Origin: Fibrobacterales bacterium
Lineage (GTDB): Bacteria; Fibrobacterota; Fibrobacteria; Fibrobacterales; JAOPTW01
Direction: 5' to 3'
Length of the DNA: 64,000 nucleotides
Assembly: GCA_051532055.1 (NCBI GenBank)
Contig: JAOPTX010000008.1
Coordinates: forward strand, 92,346-156,345
Positions 19,789-30,603 of this stretch are shown here, one piece after another (the stretch's first letter is position 1; each line of letters opens with the position of its first letter). Under the pieces are notes generated by a model. The model saw only the letters and a program-made list of their open reading frames with translations. It was not told the origin of the DNA and ran no database searches. The position numbers and the translations under genes were made by a program.

Positions 19789-20787
19789 TTAATCCTCAAA
19801 CATCTCAAATATTTTTAATATATCATCTAAACAACGTTCAAAAGCTCCAACGAGCTCTGGATCAAAGTGACTACCGCTCGCTTCCTTTATAATTGAAATA
19901 GATCGTTGCATTGAAAAAGCATCTTTATAGACCCTCTTATTAGTAAGAGCATCAAACACATCTGCCATTGCGACCACTTGGGCTTCAGAAGGAATTTCAT
20001 CAGCTTTTAACCCTTGAGGGTATCCACTACCATCATACTTTTCATGGTGGTAGTGGACAATATTTTTTGCCACCTCAGAAATACCATCTTGATCAATTAT
20101 CTTAAAACCATAATACGAGTGAGTTTTAATTATCTCAAACTCTTCCCCGGTCAATTTACCGGGTTTATTTAATATATCAGAGGGAACAGCAACCTTACCA
20201 ATATCATGAAGTGATGCATAGTTTCTTATTGCAGTACATTCCTCAAGGGAGAGTCCATAATGCTTAGCAAGAAGATAAGAATACTCACTTACCCTTTTTA
20301 TATGATTACCGGTATCATTATCATTATAAAGGTTTGCTTTTTCTAGTGCCAGTACGAAACTTTCATTTAACTTATTGAGCTCAATTGTTTGAGTATCAAT
20401 TTTATTATCTAGGTTGTGAATCAAGTCATTTAACTTTGTGTGGGCTGCAACTCTTTTAAGTACTTCTACGGTTAAAAAAGGTTTCGCTATATAATCTACA
20501 CCACCTGAATCAAAAGCCTTCTGAATAACCTCTTCATCTCGCAATGCAGTAACAAATATTATGGGAGGTATTTTATCAGGTGATGCACTAATTCTTTCAG
20601 CTACTTCGTAGCCTTGCATATCAGGCATCAGCACATCAAGTAAAATAAGGTCTGGTTTAAATGTTTTTACCGCTTCTAAAGCCTCAACTCCTGAGGCCAC
20701 AGAATAAGTATTGTATTCATCTTCCAGAACATCTTCTAAAATCAATCGATTCGCAGGGTCATCATCAACAATGAGAACGTTATACAT
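19789..20787 (-). CDS. Response regulator with HD-GYP phosphodiesterase domain (RpfG-like)
   Basis: REC plus LHDIGK, HHEKYDGSGYP, ADVFDALT. Confidence 0.93.
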   Translation of the reverse strand: MYNVLIVDDDPANRLILEDVLEDEYNTYSVASGVEALEAVKTFKPDLILLDVLMPDMQGYEVAERISASPDKIPPIIFVTALRDEEVIQKAFDSGGVDYIAKPFLTVEVLKRVAAHTKLNDLIHNLDNKIDTQTIELNKLNESFVLALEKANLYNDNDTGNHIKRVSEYSYLLAKHYGLSLEECTAIRNYASLHDIGKVAVPSDILNKPGKLTGEEFEIIKTHSYYGFKIIDQDGISEVAKNIVHYHHEKYDGSGYPQGLKADEIPSEAQVVAMADVFDALTNKRVYKDAFSMQRSISIIKEASGSHFDPELVGAFERCLDDILKIFEMFED

Positions 20788-20857
20788 AGTTCCTCAAAAA
20801 CTTTTTAGTATTCTGAGTGTACTATACATATCAATATAAAATCAACTATGAGTGTAC

Positions 20858-20888
20858 AAAAAAAGGCCACATATTGAAAAGTGGCCTT
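20858..20888 (-). terminator. Intrinsic terminator after tkt
   Basis: Minus strand AAGGCCAC-loop-GTGGCC followed by T7. Confidence 0.75.
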
Positions 20889-20910
20889 ATAAAGAACGAT
20901 AGCGTTCTAT

Positions 20911-22983
20911 TTATTTAGAAAATTGAGCTATAATCTCACTACATTCAGCAGCAGCTGCTTCTGGTACAAATCCAAAGTGCCTTGCAACATCTTTATAGTT
21001 ACCTGAAACACCAAACGATTCAATTCCTTTCACCGTGATATGATCAGCATAAAACATTTTGAATGCTCGGTGAGAGGCTGCCTCCATAAGGTATACTGGT
21101 ATCTCGCCTGCGCCAAGAATTGATTGTATATATTCTTTAGATTGCTCTTGGAATTTTTCCATACAAGGAATACTTACCAAACGTACCTTATTTCCTTGTG
21201 ACTCAAGTATTTCTTTAGCACCTATAAGAGTTGTCAGCTCAGATCCCGAACCTGCAAGAATTATATCAGCAGTTCCATCACAGTCAAATAAGGTATAACC
21301 ACCTTTTTTAAATGCAGCATAGGTAGCCTCACGCTCAAGACTAAGGCTAAACAGTTTTTCATCAAGGACCTGACGGGTACCAAGTATTACTGCTGGGCCA
21401 TCATTTTCCATAAATTCTAAGAAAGCAAAGCCTGTCTCCATATCATTACATGGACGATAGGTATAGATTCCAGGAATCAGGCGAGTTGCCCCAAGGTGTT
21501 CAATAGGCTCATGTGTTGGCCCGTCTTCCCCTACGTAAATAGAGTCGTGAGTAAATATAAACAAGTGTTTTAGCTGCATTATTGCTGCTAAACGAACAGC
21601 AGGTTTCATGTAGTCAATAAAAGTAAAGAAAGTAGAGGTAAATGGAATGAAGTCTCTGGACAAAGCAAGCCCATTTGCCACCCCACCCATTGCAGCTTCA
21701 CGAACACCAAAAGCAATGTTTCTTCCTGCAAAACTTCTACTGGTGATAAAATCAGCACCCTTAACAGTCGCTTTTGTTGAACCAACTAGATCAGCAGCTC
21801 CACCAATCAATTTAGGAGAGGCTGCAGCACACAATTGAAGTGCTCCTGAAGCTACTCCACGAGTGGCGTCAACCTTAGTACTATAGTTCAATAATTCGGT
21901 ACGAAGAGTATCAGTAAGACCACTCTCTTTGTATGTCTGAAGTTCAGCATACTTTTCAGGATACTGTTTTTTATAGTTATTATAAAGCGCTTCCCACTCA
22001 GCAAGAGCAGCATCACGTGCCTCAAGGGCCGGTGCAATTGCATCATTAAAAAGATCTTTCTCGTAAAATGATCCATCAGCCAACTGTTTTTCAACAATTG
22101 CAAGAGCTTCATCAGGTGTTTTACAGTCAGCAATATCTTTCATCGTTGAATTACTTAAGATATAAGAAACTTCCTTAGGTCCTACAGGAGCACCGTGCGC
22201 AGAGTGAGAGCCGCGAAGTTCATTCAGTCCTTCTCCAATTTTTGTTTCTACGATAAGAAGTTTTGGTTTACCTTTTGACGCTTTAAGCGCAGAGAGCTTT
22301 GCAGACATATCAGCAATGTCAGTTCCTACACAGTGTGCCACTTCCCAACCGAGTGCTTCATAACGTGCTTGTACATCTTCTGTAAAAAGGTCATTTGATG
22401 ATTCATCAATAGTAACTTCATTATCATCATAAATAGCAATAAGGTTATCGAGTTTCAATGAGCCTGCAATTGAAGCGGCTTCATTGGTCATCCCTTCCAT
22501 GGTACAACCATCCCCCATGAGTACATAGGTGTTGTAATTAAAGAGTTCAGAGTCTTCGGTATTAAAACGTGCTGCCATCATTTTAGATTCAACGGCAAGA
22601 CCCACTGCATTTGCAAAACCTTGGCCTAATGGACCAGTAGTTGTTTCAATGCCTTTGTGGAGTTCATATTCAGGATGCCCTGGAGTGTTAGAACCGAGCT
22701 GACGAAAGTTAACAATATCTTTTATTGAAAACTGATAACCAAAAATATAGTTAAGGGCATAGACGAGCATTGAACCATGACCAGCAGAGAGGATAAATCG
22801 ATCTCTATTCATCCACTCGGGGTTACGTGCAGATGCTTGAATAAAGTTACTATAGAGGAGTACTCCAATATCGGCACAGCCAAGTGGAAGTCCAGGGTGT
22901 CCAGAGTTGGCTTTTTGAATTGCCATTGCTGAGAGGTACCGGACGTAGTCCCCTACGCTTTTCACATTATCCATATTAATCAT
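20911..22983 (-). CDS. tkt: Transketolase
   Basis: SGHPG, RDRFILSAGHGSM, TPGHPE, TTGPLGQG, GDG, THDSIYVGEDGPTH. Confidence 0.97.
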   Translation of the reverse strand: MINMDNVKSVGDYVRYLSAMAIQKANSGHPGLPLGCADIGVLLYSNFIQASARNPEWMNRDRFILSAGHGSMLVYALNYIFGYQFSIKDIVNFRQLGSNTPGHPEYELHKGIETTTGPLGQGFANAVGLAVESKMMAARFNTEDSELFNYNTYVLMGDGCTMEGMTNEAASIAGSLKLDNLIAIYDDNEVTIDESSNDLFTEDVQARYEALGWEVAHCVGTDIADMSAKLSALKASKGKPKLLIVETKIGEGLNELRGSHSAHGAPVGPKEVSYILSNSTMKDIADCKTPDEALAIVEKQLADGSFYEKDLFNDAIAPALEARDAALAEWEALYNNYKKQYPEKYAELQTYKESGLTDTLRTELLNYSTKVDATRGVASGALQLCAAASPKLIGGAADLVGSTKATVKGADFITSRSFAGRNIAFGVREAAMGGVANGLALSRDFIPFTSTFFTFIDYMKPAVRLAAIMQLKHLFIFTHDSIYVGEDGPTHEPIEHLGATRLIPGIYTYRPCNDMETGFAFLEFMENDGPAVILGTRQVLDEKLFSLSLEREATYAAFKKGGYTLFDCDGTADIILAGSGSELTTLIGAKEILESQGNKVRLVSIPCMEKFQEQSKEYIQSILGAGEIPVYLMEAASHRAFKMFYADHITVKGIESFGVSGNYKDVARHFGFVPEAAAAECSEIIAQFSK

Positions 22984-23139
22984 TATATATCCTTAAGATT
23001 ATATTTAATTTCAGTCTGTTTTGTTTCACAAGTATAGATTTTTAAACAGCTCTCTCTTATGAGTAGTGGGCTATTTGCCTACATAGTTCAATTTTGAAAT
23101 CCTATGAGGGCTTAAGCAACTTTCTGATTAAAAACTCTT

Positions 23140-23172
23140 AAAACAAAGGCCGTCTTTACTAAAAGACGGCCT
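23140..23172 (-). terminator. Intrinsic terminator downstream of purL-purQ
   Basis: Perfect stem AGGCCGTCTTT/AAAGACGGCCT, followed on the minus strand by TTGTTTT. Confidence 0.7.
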
Positions 23173-23282
23173 AAATATAGGAAATTATATCCATTCTTCT
23201 CTATTTCAAGAAGAAAGATTGGACAATTCGTTAAGAATTATATGAGCAGTTGTTATACTTTTCACATGCCCCCATTAATCGT

Positions 23283-24068
23283 CTATTTTCTAGATTTTAC
23301 ATATTCTACGGCATTTCTAAAGATCTTAACACCATCACCTTCTCCACGAAGACCTTCACGATGCCAACGCGGATGATTTGTCATATGCATAAAGACCTCT
23401 GGGTGAGGCATAAGGCCAAAAATAAGGCCGCTGTCATCACAAATCCCTGCAATATCATCAACTGAGCCATTGGGATTATCAGGGTATTCAGGTGCCCCCC
23501 CCTCTTTGGTGCAGTACTGAAAAGAGATATTACCATTATCATGAAGCTTTTGAAGGGTTGCATCATCTTTAGTTACAAATTTACCCTCGCCATGACGAAT
23601 TGGTAAATAGATATCTTCGATACCTTGCGTCCAAATAGATTTTGAAGAAGTATTGCCCTTAAGATAACACCAGCGATCTTCAAATTTAGCAGAATCGTTA
23701 TGTATCAATGAACAAGTCTGGTCAAAGGTGTCTTCAGCACCGGGAAGAAGTCCCAGCTTAACGAGTACTTGAAATCCATTACAGATACCAATCATCGGAA
23801 CTCCACGCTTCTTAGCCGCAAAGAGCTGATCCTTCAGATATACTTTTATCTTATTTGCATAAACCTTACCTGATGCAATATGGTCTCCAAATGAAAACCC
23901 TCCAGGAAATGAGAGAATATCAAACTCTTCCATATTCCTTGCGCCACTAATAAGGTCATTAATATGTACGCGTTCTGCTTCGGCACCTGCCATGGTAAAT
24001 ATATGGGCGAGCTCGATATCAGAGTTAATGCCATACCCTGTAATTACTAAAACTTTTGGCTTTTCCAT
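23283..24068 (-). CDS. purQ: FGAM synthase glutaminase subunit PurQ
   Basis: PGGFSFGD, GICNGFQ, HGEG, NPNGS, MPHPE. Confidence 0.96.
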   Translation of the reverse strand: MEKPKVLVITGYGINSDIELAHIFTMAGAEAERVHINDLISGARNMEEFDILSFPGGFSFGDHIASGKVYANKIKVYLKDQLFAAKKRGVPMIGICNGFQVLVKLGLLPGAEDTFDQTCSLIHNDSAKFEDRWCYLKGNTSSKSIWTQGIEDIYLPIRHGEGKFVTKDDATLQKLHDNGNISFQYCTKEGGAPEYPDNPNGSVDDIAGICDDSGLIFGLMPHPEVFMHMTNHPRWHREGLRGEGDGVKIFRNAVEYVKSRK

Positions 24069-24072
24069 CTAT

Positions 24073-27069
24073 TTAATCCCAGTTAACTGTTTTGTGCCAT
24101 GCACTGAATGTTTCATCTACAGTGAGATCTATTACGCAATCTTCACCATCCTTAACTTTAATAGAACCAGCGTCAGTCACTGTACCGATGCACGAAACGC
24201 TATTTTCTACCATTGCCTTTTCAAAAGCATCTTTATTTACTGCAGACACAGTAAGTACCAGTCGCGATTGAGTCTCTGAAAAGAGCTTTTCGTCACTGGT
24301 TAAAGCCCCAAGACAATCAAGATCAGTCAGATCAAGGTCCATACCAAGTCGACCAGCAAATGCCGTTTCAGCGAGGGTCACCCAAAGTCCACCATCAGAG
24401 ATATCGTGAGCAGAAGCAACAAGCTCTAATTCAATAGCGGTAGTCAATGCACGATACAGCGGTATTGAAGTATTTGTATTTACAACTGGTACCGAGTTAC
24501 CAACATGACCCAGTTCAGCGTAGTACTCTGAGCCACCTAATTCCGCTCGGGTTTGACCTACAACATACACTAAATCACCAGCTTTTTTAGCATCGATAGT
24601 CACTGATTTTTCCACATCATCCATTTTAGCAATGACCGTAAAAAGGAGTGTTGGCGGAATTGAAATTTTATCATCACCTTTACCATAATCATTTTTCATG
24701 GAATCTTTACCAGAAATACAAGGAAGGTTATATGCTTTACAGTAATCTGAAAGCGCCTGATTTGAACGTACAAGCTGACCCATTTTGTACTCACCATCAG
24801 GAGTTTCTTCAGACTGCACTGGATCGGGCCAACAGAAGTTATCGAGTCCTGCAATGTAGTCGAGTTTACCACCCGATGCAATCACAGATCGAACCGCTTC
24901 ATCAATAACTGATGCTGTCATGTGGTAGGTATCTATATCAGAATAACGTGGTAAAATACCATGAGCAACTATGAGTCCCTCTTTTTGATCCGGAAGTGGT
25001 CTAATAACTGCCGCATCAGACGGTCCATCATTTTTTTCACCGGTAAATGGCTTGGTCACACTCATTCCCTGTACTTCGTGATCGTACTGGCGTACCCACG
25101 ACTCTTTAGAGCAAATGTTAAGACGACCAAGAAGCTTCAGCGCTATATCATTGAGGTCTTCAGGGAAGGTCTCAGGTTCACTATGAACGGGTGTTTTAAA
25201 ATTTGCTTTGAGTTTGAGCTTTGGAGCACCATCATGCATGAATTCCATATTAATCATACAGACGATTTCACCATCATAATCAACTCTGAAATAACCAGTA
25301 TTGGTAAATTCACCCAAATCGGCTATCTCGACACCACGAAGGTCTGCAAGGGCTTGAAGCTCTGCCATATTCTCGGGAGGCACTGCAAGCGACATACGCT
25401 CTTGTGCTTCAGAAACAATGATTTCCCATGGATCAAGACCCGCATATTTAAGAGGTGCATTAGTGAGATCAATGTGAGCACCATTTGCACCGTGGTCAGG
25501 CTCTGCCATTTCACCTAGAGAAGATGAAAGACCACCAGCACCATTATCCGTCATAAATCTATAGAGACCAAGATCACGGGCTTCGATAATAAAATCAAGC
25601 ATTTTCTTTTGTGTAATTGGGTCGCCAATTTGTACTGCAGATACTGGAGAGTCTTCAGTTAATGCCACTGAAGAGAACGTTGCCCCATGAATCCCGTCTT
25701 TACCGATACGACCACCAGCCATGACAATACGGTCACCCGGTTTAATCTCTTTATCTTCAGATGGTTTACCATTGATTTTTGCAGGAACCAATCCACCAGT
25801 CCCACAAAATACGAGTGGTTTACCCATGAAGCGTTCATCAAATACAATTGATCCATTTACTACAGGAATTCCTGATTCATTACCACCATCACGAACACCA
25901 GCATGAACCCCTTTAAATATCTGACGAGGGTGCATTAATTTAGTTGGCACTTTTCCATCATAAAAAGGTGATGCAAAACAGAAAACATCAGTATTAAATA
26001 TTGGTTTAGTACCAATTCCCGTCCCAATAATATCACGGTTAACTCCAACAATACCCGTCATAGCTCCACCAAATGGATCTAGAGCTGACGGTGAATTATG
26101 TGTTTCTGCTTTAATTGAGATTGACCAATCTTCAGTAAATTTAATTATTCCTGCATTATCCCAAAAAACCGATTTAATAAAATCGCCACCCTTAGTGATC
26201 TCTTTTGTTGGATTATATATGTAGGTTTTGAAAAGAGAATTAATAGTTTGAGTATTGCCTTCTTCATCAGTATACTCAACATCAGCGGCAAAAATCTTAT
26301 GACTACAATGCTCAGACCAAGTTTGTGCAAGAATCTCAAGTTCCATATCAGTCGGATTAGTCTCAGAAAGTCCGTGCTCTCTTCTCACTTTTTTGATCTC
26401 TTCATCAGTATAGTGATTTTTAATTGCGATCATTTCTTCTTCATTGAGTGAAAGTATCATTCTATTAGAAAGATCAAGCAATTCTTTGCCCGTAGCGGGA
26501 AGTTCAATAACTTTAGTTGTAGGGACGTGTTCTGACTTAACATGTTTATCTGCAGCTGGTACACGTTTACCCGCATCCCATTCTTTACGGGCGATAATTT
26601 CATATGTCTCAATCAACGGATTAGCCAAAAACTTCAGACATACTTCTTCTGCTTGGTCGGCGGTAAGGTCTCCCTTAACTAATACCTGATATGATGTCCA
26701 AATATCTTCGAGATCTTCAAGTTTACGACCTAAAATATCATTGATGCCTTCTCGCGATGAACGACCAACATTATCAGTTACGCCAGGCTTGAAGCCAATT
26801 TCAAAAAGCCAATCAAAATCAAGTACCGACTCTGCAAGTGGGTTGTCAATTGAGTACTCTTCCACAACGGGGTCATGAAACAATTCTTGAGCAATGCGAT
26901 CAATAGACTCCATTGACTCATCAAGACAAGTAGTAAATACCTGAATTGTTTTTACAGCGTCAACATCAATTCCCAAATCTTCGTGCATAGCAGCCATGAT
27001 TCGGTTCCCTTTAGGATCGGGAAACTGTGCTTTAAGCTTTACGGTAATTCTGTGGATTTCTCGAGACAA
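24073..27069 (-). CDS. purL: FGAM synthase PurL with N-terminal PurS-like region
   Basis: QTWSEHCSHKIF, KAETHNSPS, GKDGIHGATFSS, SGKDS. Start placed at TTG 27069 (AAAGGT upstream) rather than the ORF-track start 27165. Confidence 0.93.
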   Translation of the reverse strand: MSREIHRITVKLKAQFPDPKGNRIMAAMHEDLGIDVDAVKTIQVFTTCLDESMESIDRIAQELFHDPVVEEYSIDNPLAESVLDFDWLFEIGFKPGVTDNVGRSSREGINDILGRKLEDLEDIWTSYQVLVKGDLTADQAEEVCLKFLANPLIETYEIIARKEWDAGKRVPAADKHVKSEHVPTTKVIELPATGKELLDLSNRMILSLNEEEMIAIKNHYTDEEIKKVRREHGLSETNPTDMELEILAQTWSEHCSHKIFAADVEYTDEEGNTQTINSLFKTYIYNPTKEITKGGDFIKSVFWDNAGIIKFTEDWSISIKAETHNSPSALDPFGGAMTGIVGVNRDIIGTGIGTKPIFNTDVFCFASPFYDGKVPTKLMHPRQIFKGVHAGVRDGGNESGIPVVNGSIVFDERFMGKPLVFCGTGGLVPAKINGKPSEDKEIKPGDRIVMAGGRIGKDGIHGATFSSVALTEDSPVSAVQIGDPITQKKMLDFIIEARDLGLYRFMTDNGAGGLSSSLGEMAEPDHGANGAHIDLTNAPLKYAGLDPWEIIVSEAQERMSLAVPPENMAELQALADLRGVEIADLGEFTNTGYFRVDYDGEIVCMINMEFMHDGAPKLKLKANFKTPVHSEPETFPEDLNDIALKLLGRLNICSKESWVRQYDHEVQGMSVTKPFTGEKNDGPSDAAVIRPLPDQKEGLIVAHGILPRYSDIDTYHMTASVIDEAVRSVIASGGKLDYIAGLDNFCWPDPVQSEETPDGEYKMGQLVRSNQALSDYCKAYNLPCISGKDSMKNDYGKGDDKISIPPTLLFTVIAKMDDVEKSVTIDAKKAGDLVYVVGQTRAELGGSEYYAELGHVGNSVPVVNTNTSIPLYRALTTAIELELVASAHDISDGGLWVTLAETAFAGRLGMDLDLTDLDCLGALTSDEKLFSETQSRLVLTVSAVNKDAFEKAMVENSVSCIGTVTDAGSIKVKDGEDCVIDLTVDETFSAWHKTVNWD

Positions 27070-27248
27070 AATCGGACCTTTGGTAGGGTTTAAGACGCGC
27101 TTAAAATTAGTAAAGTTTCGAGAATTTTGAACCGAAAACGGCGAATAAGAGCCGTAGGAGCCCATTTGAGGTATCTTCTTTTAAATCAAAGAGTTACACG
27201 CTTACAAATACTCCCCAAGTGCCAATCACTCCCTTAGAGACTCACACT

Positions 27249-27280
27249 AAAAAGGCCAATCACCCTTGAATAATTGACCT
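27249..27280 (-). terminator. Intrinsic terminator after aldehyde dehydrogenase
   Basis: Minus strand AGGTCAATTA-loop-TGATTGGCCT then TTTT (with G-U pairs). Confidence 0.6.
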
Positions 27281-27312
27281 CTTATAATTTTGAGAACCTC
27301 TAAAAAATAAAT

Positions 27313-28698
27313 TTACAGGACACTACTTTTGAGTACCATGAGCTTCTCATAGGTCATCTCATGCATAGAGTATTGAATTCCACCAACACCAGTTCCAGAA
27401 TGTTTTCTTCCACCAAATGGCATCCAATCTACTCTAAAAGCCGTATGATCATTGACCATCACTGCAGCAGCATTAAGCTTATGTACAGCATCAAGTGCGG
27501 TATCAATTGCAGAGGTAAAGACTGCGGCCTGAAATGAGAACGGAACCGCATTAGCCTGCTTAATCGCCTCTTCTCTATCACTATAGGAATAGATACATAC
27601 TACTGGACCAAAAATTTCCAGTTGAGAGACCTTTACATCCATTGGTGGATTAAGAAGAACCGTTGGTTCATAACAGGTATTTGAAATTCTTTTACCACCA
27701 GAAAGCAATAGCGCTCCAGAAGAAATTGCTTCATTAACCCATTCCTCCACCCGATCAACTTCACGAGGCAGTATCAATGGCCCAACTTCAGTTTTAGGAT
27801 CAAGGGGATCACCTACTATCAGTTTTTCAGCATACTCAACCATTTTTTGAGAAACAGTTTCAACAATAGACTCTTCAACAAACATGCGTTGAACAGATAC
27901 ACAGACCTGTCCAGCATGGTAAAAGGCCCCTTTTCCAAGTGCAGGTATCATAGATGCAATATCTGCATCTTTTTCAACAATAACTGGCGCGGCGCCCCCA
28001 TGCTCAAGAGCAATATGTGTTCCTGGTGCCAGTTTTGATCGCAGGTACCAACCCACTTTTGCTGAACCGATGAATGACAAATACGATACCCTCTCATCAG
28101 TAACCAAATATTCAGCGACATCATTTTCACACACCATAAGTTGGCACCATCCGTCAGGTAGGCCAGCACGCTTCAATATATCGACAAATGCAACACACGA
28201 TAGTGGTGTGGTCAGTGCTGGTTTTATGATTACCGGACACCCAACTGCAAGAGCCGGTATAACTTGATGAATAATTAAATTAAGAGGGTGATTAAAGGCA
28301 CTTATAGAAAGTACTACGCCAAGAGGCTCTTTAAATGTATAAGCCATACGGTTCGCAGAAGACACAGTATGCCCCATAGGGATTTGCTGTCCTGCGAGAT
28401 GAGAAACACCTTCAAGGGCAAGCTGAACCCCATTGATAGCTCGATTCACCTCAACCTCTGAATCAGCCCAAGGCTTGCCCCCTTCACCAGCGGCAATTTT
28501 TAGAAGCGATTCTTTCTCGCCTTTCATGATCTCAATCACACGCTCTAGTATAGCAACCCGTTCAGGAGTTGGAATCCACTTCGAACGATCAGAATAGAGA
28601 TCATAAGCGGTTGCTAAAGCTTGTTCAGCGTCGGACTCTTGATGAAAAGGAATCTCCTTTATAAGAGATTCATCATAGGGTGAATAGACTTTTAACAT
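27313..28698 (-). CDS. NAD(P)-dependent aldehyde dehydrogenase
   Basis: FNHPLN, FIGSAKVG, LEHGG, AGQVC (catalytic Cys), EIFGPV, MPFGG. Confidence 0.93.
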   Translation of the reverse strand: MLKVYSPYDESLIKEIPFHQESDAEQALATAYDLYSDRSKWIPTPERVAILERVIEIMKGEKESLLKIAAGEGGKPWADSEVEVNRAINGVQLALEGVSHLAGQQIPMGHTVSSANRMAYTFKEPLGVVLSISAFNHPLNLIIHQVIPALAVGCPVIIKPALTTPLSCVAFVDILKRAGLPDGWCQLMVCENDVAEYLVTDERVSYLSFIGSAKVGWYLRSKLAPGTHIALEHGGAAPVIVEKDADIASMIPALGKGAFYHAGQVCVSVQRMFVEESIVETVSQKMVEYAEKLIVGDPLDPKTEVGPLILPREVDRVEEWVNEAISSGALLLSGGKRISNTCYEPTVLLNPPMDVKVSQLEIFGPVVCIYSYSDREEAIKQANAVPFSFQAAVFTSAIDTALDAVHKLNAAAVMVNDHTAFRVDWMPFGGRKHSGTGVGGIQYSMHEMTYEKLMVLKSSVL

Positions 28699-28716
28699 AA
28701 CACTCTCCTTGTATTC

Positions 28717-30357
28717 TTAAAGAATACACGCTTTTTCTTTGAGTAATACATTAAGTATAGAATGGTTCAAAGAATAATCAACAGCAAGATCGATTAAATG
28801 AACTCCTTTGCCATTCACTGCAGCATCAAGAGTTTTTTCAAATTCATCGACCGATTCTGGGCGATGACCTTTTGCACCATACGCTTCAGCATATTTAACA
28901 AAATCTGGATTACCATAATCGAGACCAAATTGTTCAAAACCCATTCCTTCTTGTTTCCATTTAATCATACCATAAGCATTATCATTTAAAATAATTACAG
29001 TAAGATCAAGACCAAGGCGAACTGCAGTCTCCATTTCTTGTGAGTTCATCATAAAGCCACCGTCACCACAGACTGAAATTACTTTCTTGTTAGGGTGAAC
29101 AATTTTTGCAGCAATAGCTGAAGGAAGCCCTGCCCCCATAGTTGCAAGTGCGTTATCAAGTAATAGTGTCTGAGGTTTATAGCTTTTGAAGTTACGAGTA
29201 AACCAAATTTTGTAAACGCCATTATCAAGAGTTAAAATACCATCATCAGGGAGAATAGATCTCACTGAAGTCACTGCACGCTGTGGAAGAATTGGGAAAC
29301 GATCATCTTGGGCATACTTACCAGTATATTTATCAACTTCTGCTTTTACACGTTCAAAATAACTAAAATCCCAGTTAGATTTTTTCTTGATAAAGTTAGC
29401 GAGTTTTAAAACTGAAATAGCAATATCTCCAACAACATTAAGTTGTGGAAAATAAATTTGATCAACTTTTGCTGGGAAAAAATTCACATGAATAACTTTT
29501 TTTCCACCGTGCTCCATTATGAATGGAGGCTTTTCGATAACATCATGGCCAACATTTATTATCAAATCTGAGCGCTCTATAGCACAGTGTAAAAAGTCAT
29601 CACTTGAAAGCGCTGCTGTACCAATAAACTTTTCATTCCGTTCATCAACCACACCTTTGCCCATTTGTGTATTAAAGAAAGGAATACCGGTTGATTTAAT
29701 AAACTGAGTCAGTGACTCACTACACCGTCTACGATTGGCACTCGCACCAATAAGGAGTAACGGCATTTTTGCCTCTTCAACCATACGCGCAGCTTGATAG
29801 AGTGTTGATTCATCTGCATCAGGACGCATCCAATCAACTACTTCAAATGGCTGACCATCAACTTCTTCCGAGGCAACATCTTCAGGAAGTTCAAGATGCA
29901 CAGCACCAGGACGTTCCTCTTTTGCAATTCTAAAAGATTCGTTTATAACTGAAGGAATATTATTAGAGTTTACAATTTGATGAGTAAATTTTGTGATAGG
30001 ACGCATCATATTCACTACATCAATAATTTGAAATTGACCCTGTTTACTCTTTTTAATCGGCTTCTGGCCAGTGATCATCATCATTGGGAATGCGCCAAGA
30101 TTTGCATAAGCGGCTGCTGTAACAAAATTTGTTGCACCAGGACCAAGAGTTGACAAGCAAACACCCGGTTTACCCGTTAAACGTCCGTAAGTTGCAGCAA
30201 TAAAACCTGCACCTTGTTCATGTCTAGTCAAAATTAATTTAATTTTAGAATCTTTAAGAGACTCGAGAAGATCAAGATTCTCTTCTCCAGGAATTCCGAA
30301 GATATATTCAACACCCTCATTTTCAAGAGCTTTTACAAACAGGTCAGAAGCTTTCAT
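28717..30357 (-). CDS. TPP-dependent acetolactate-synthase-large-subunit-like enzyme (possibly a 2-oxo-acid decarboxylase)
   Basis: FGIPGEEN, RHEQGA, STLGPGATN, GDGGFMMNSQE...NDN TPP motif; no small subunit nearby. Confidence 0.88.
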   Translation of the reverse strand: MKASDLFVKALENEGVEYIFGIPGEENLDLLESLKDSKIKLILTRHEQGAGFIAATYGRLTGKPGVCLSTLGPGATNFVTAAAYANLGAFPMMMITGQKPIKKSKQGQFQIIDVVNMMRPITKFTHQIVNSNNIPSVINESFRIAKEERPGAVHLELPEDVASEEVDGQPFEVVDWMRPDADESTLYQAARMVEEAKMPLLLIGASANRRRCSESLTQFIKSTGIPFFNTQMGKGVVDERNEKFIGTAALSSDDFLHCAIERSDLIINVGHDVIEKPPFIMEHGGKKVIHVNFFPAKVDQIYFPQLNVVGDIAISVLKLANFIKKKSNWDFSYFERVKAEVDKYTGKYAQDDRFPILPQRAVTSVRSILPDDGILTLDNGVYKIWFTRNFKSYKPQTLLLDNALATMGAGLPSAIAAKIVHPNKKVISVCGDGGFMMNSQEMETAVRLGLDLTVIILNDNAYGMIKWKQEGMGFEQFGLDYGNPDFVKYAEAYGAKGHRPESVDEFEKTLDAAVNGKGVHLIDLAVDYSLNHSILNVLLKEKACIL

Positions 30358-30603
30358 GGCTGGTACCGTTACCTATGGTTAAATGTTTTAAACTTATCAA
30401 TATCACCTTCCAGAGTATCAAAAGTAAAACAATAAGGCATTACAAAAGTGTTTTAACGCTGTTATTTAATCACAAGCCATCTTCTATATCAAAGTTGTAC
30501 GCTATTTTAGATGAGATAGGGCATACAATACACCAAACCCATTCGTTATTTTTGTCACAGCCTTAATAATTTAATATTTGAGTACTACAAGACAGTTTCT
30601 TTT

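Noticed and set aside
22984..23282. Possible riboswitch between purQ and tkt
   Set aside because: I recognised only a terminator hairpin and no TPP, purine, ZTP or c-di-GMP aptamer consensus; an Rfam scan would settle it.
27070..27165. 32-aa N-terminal extension of PurL in the ORF track
   Set aside because: It does not look protein-like, and TTG 27069 has an SD-like sequence. The PurS-like fusion itself is a known arrangement.
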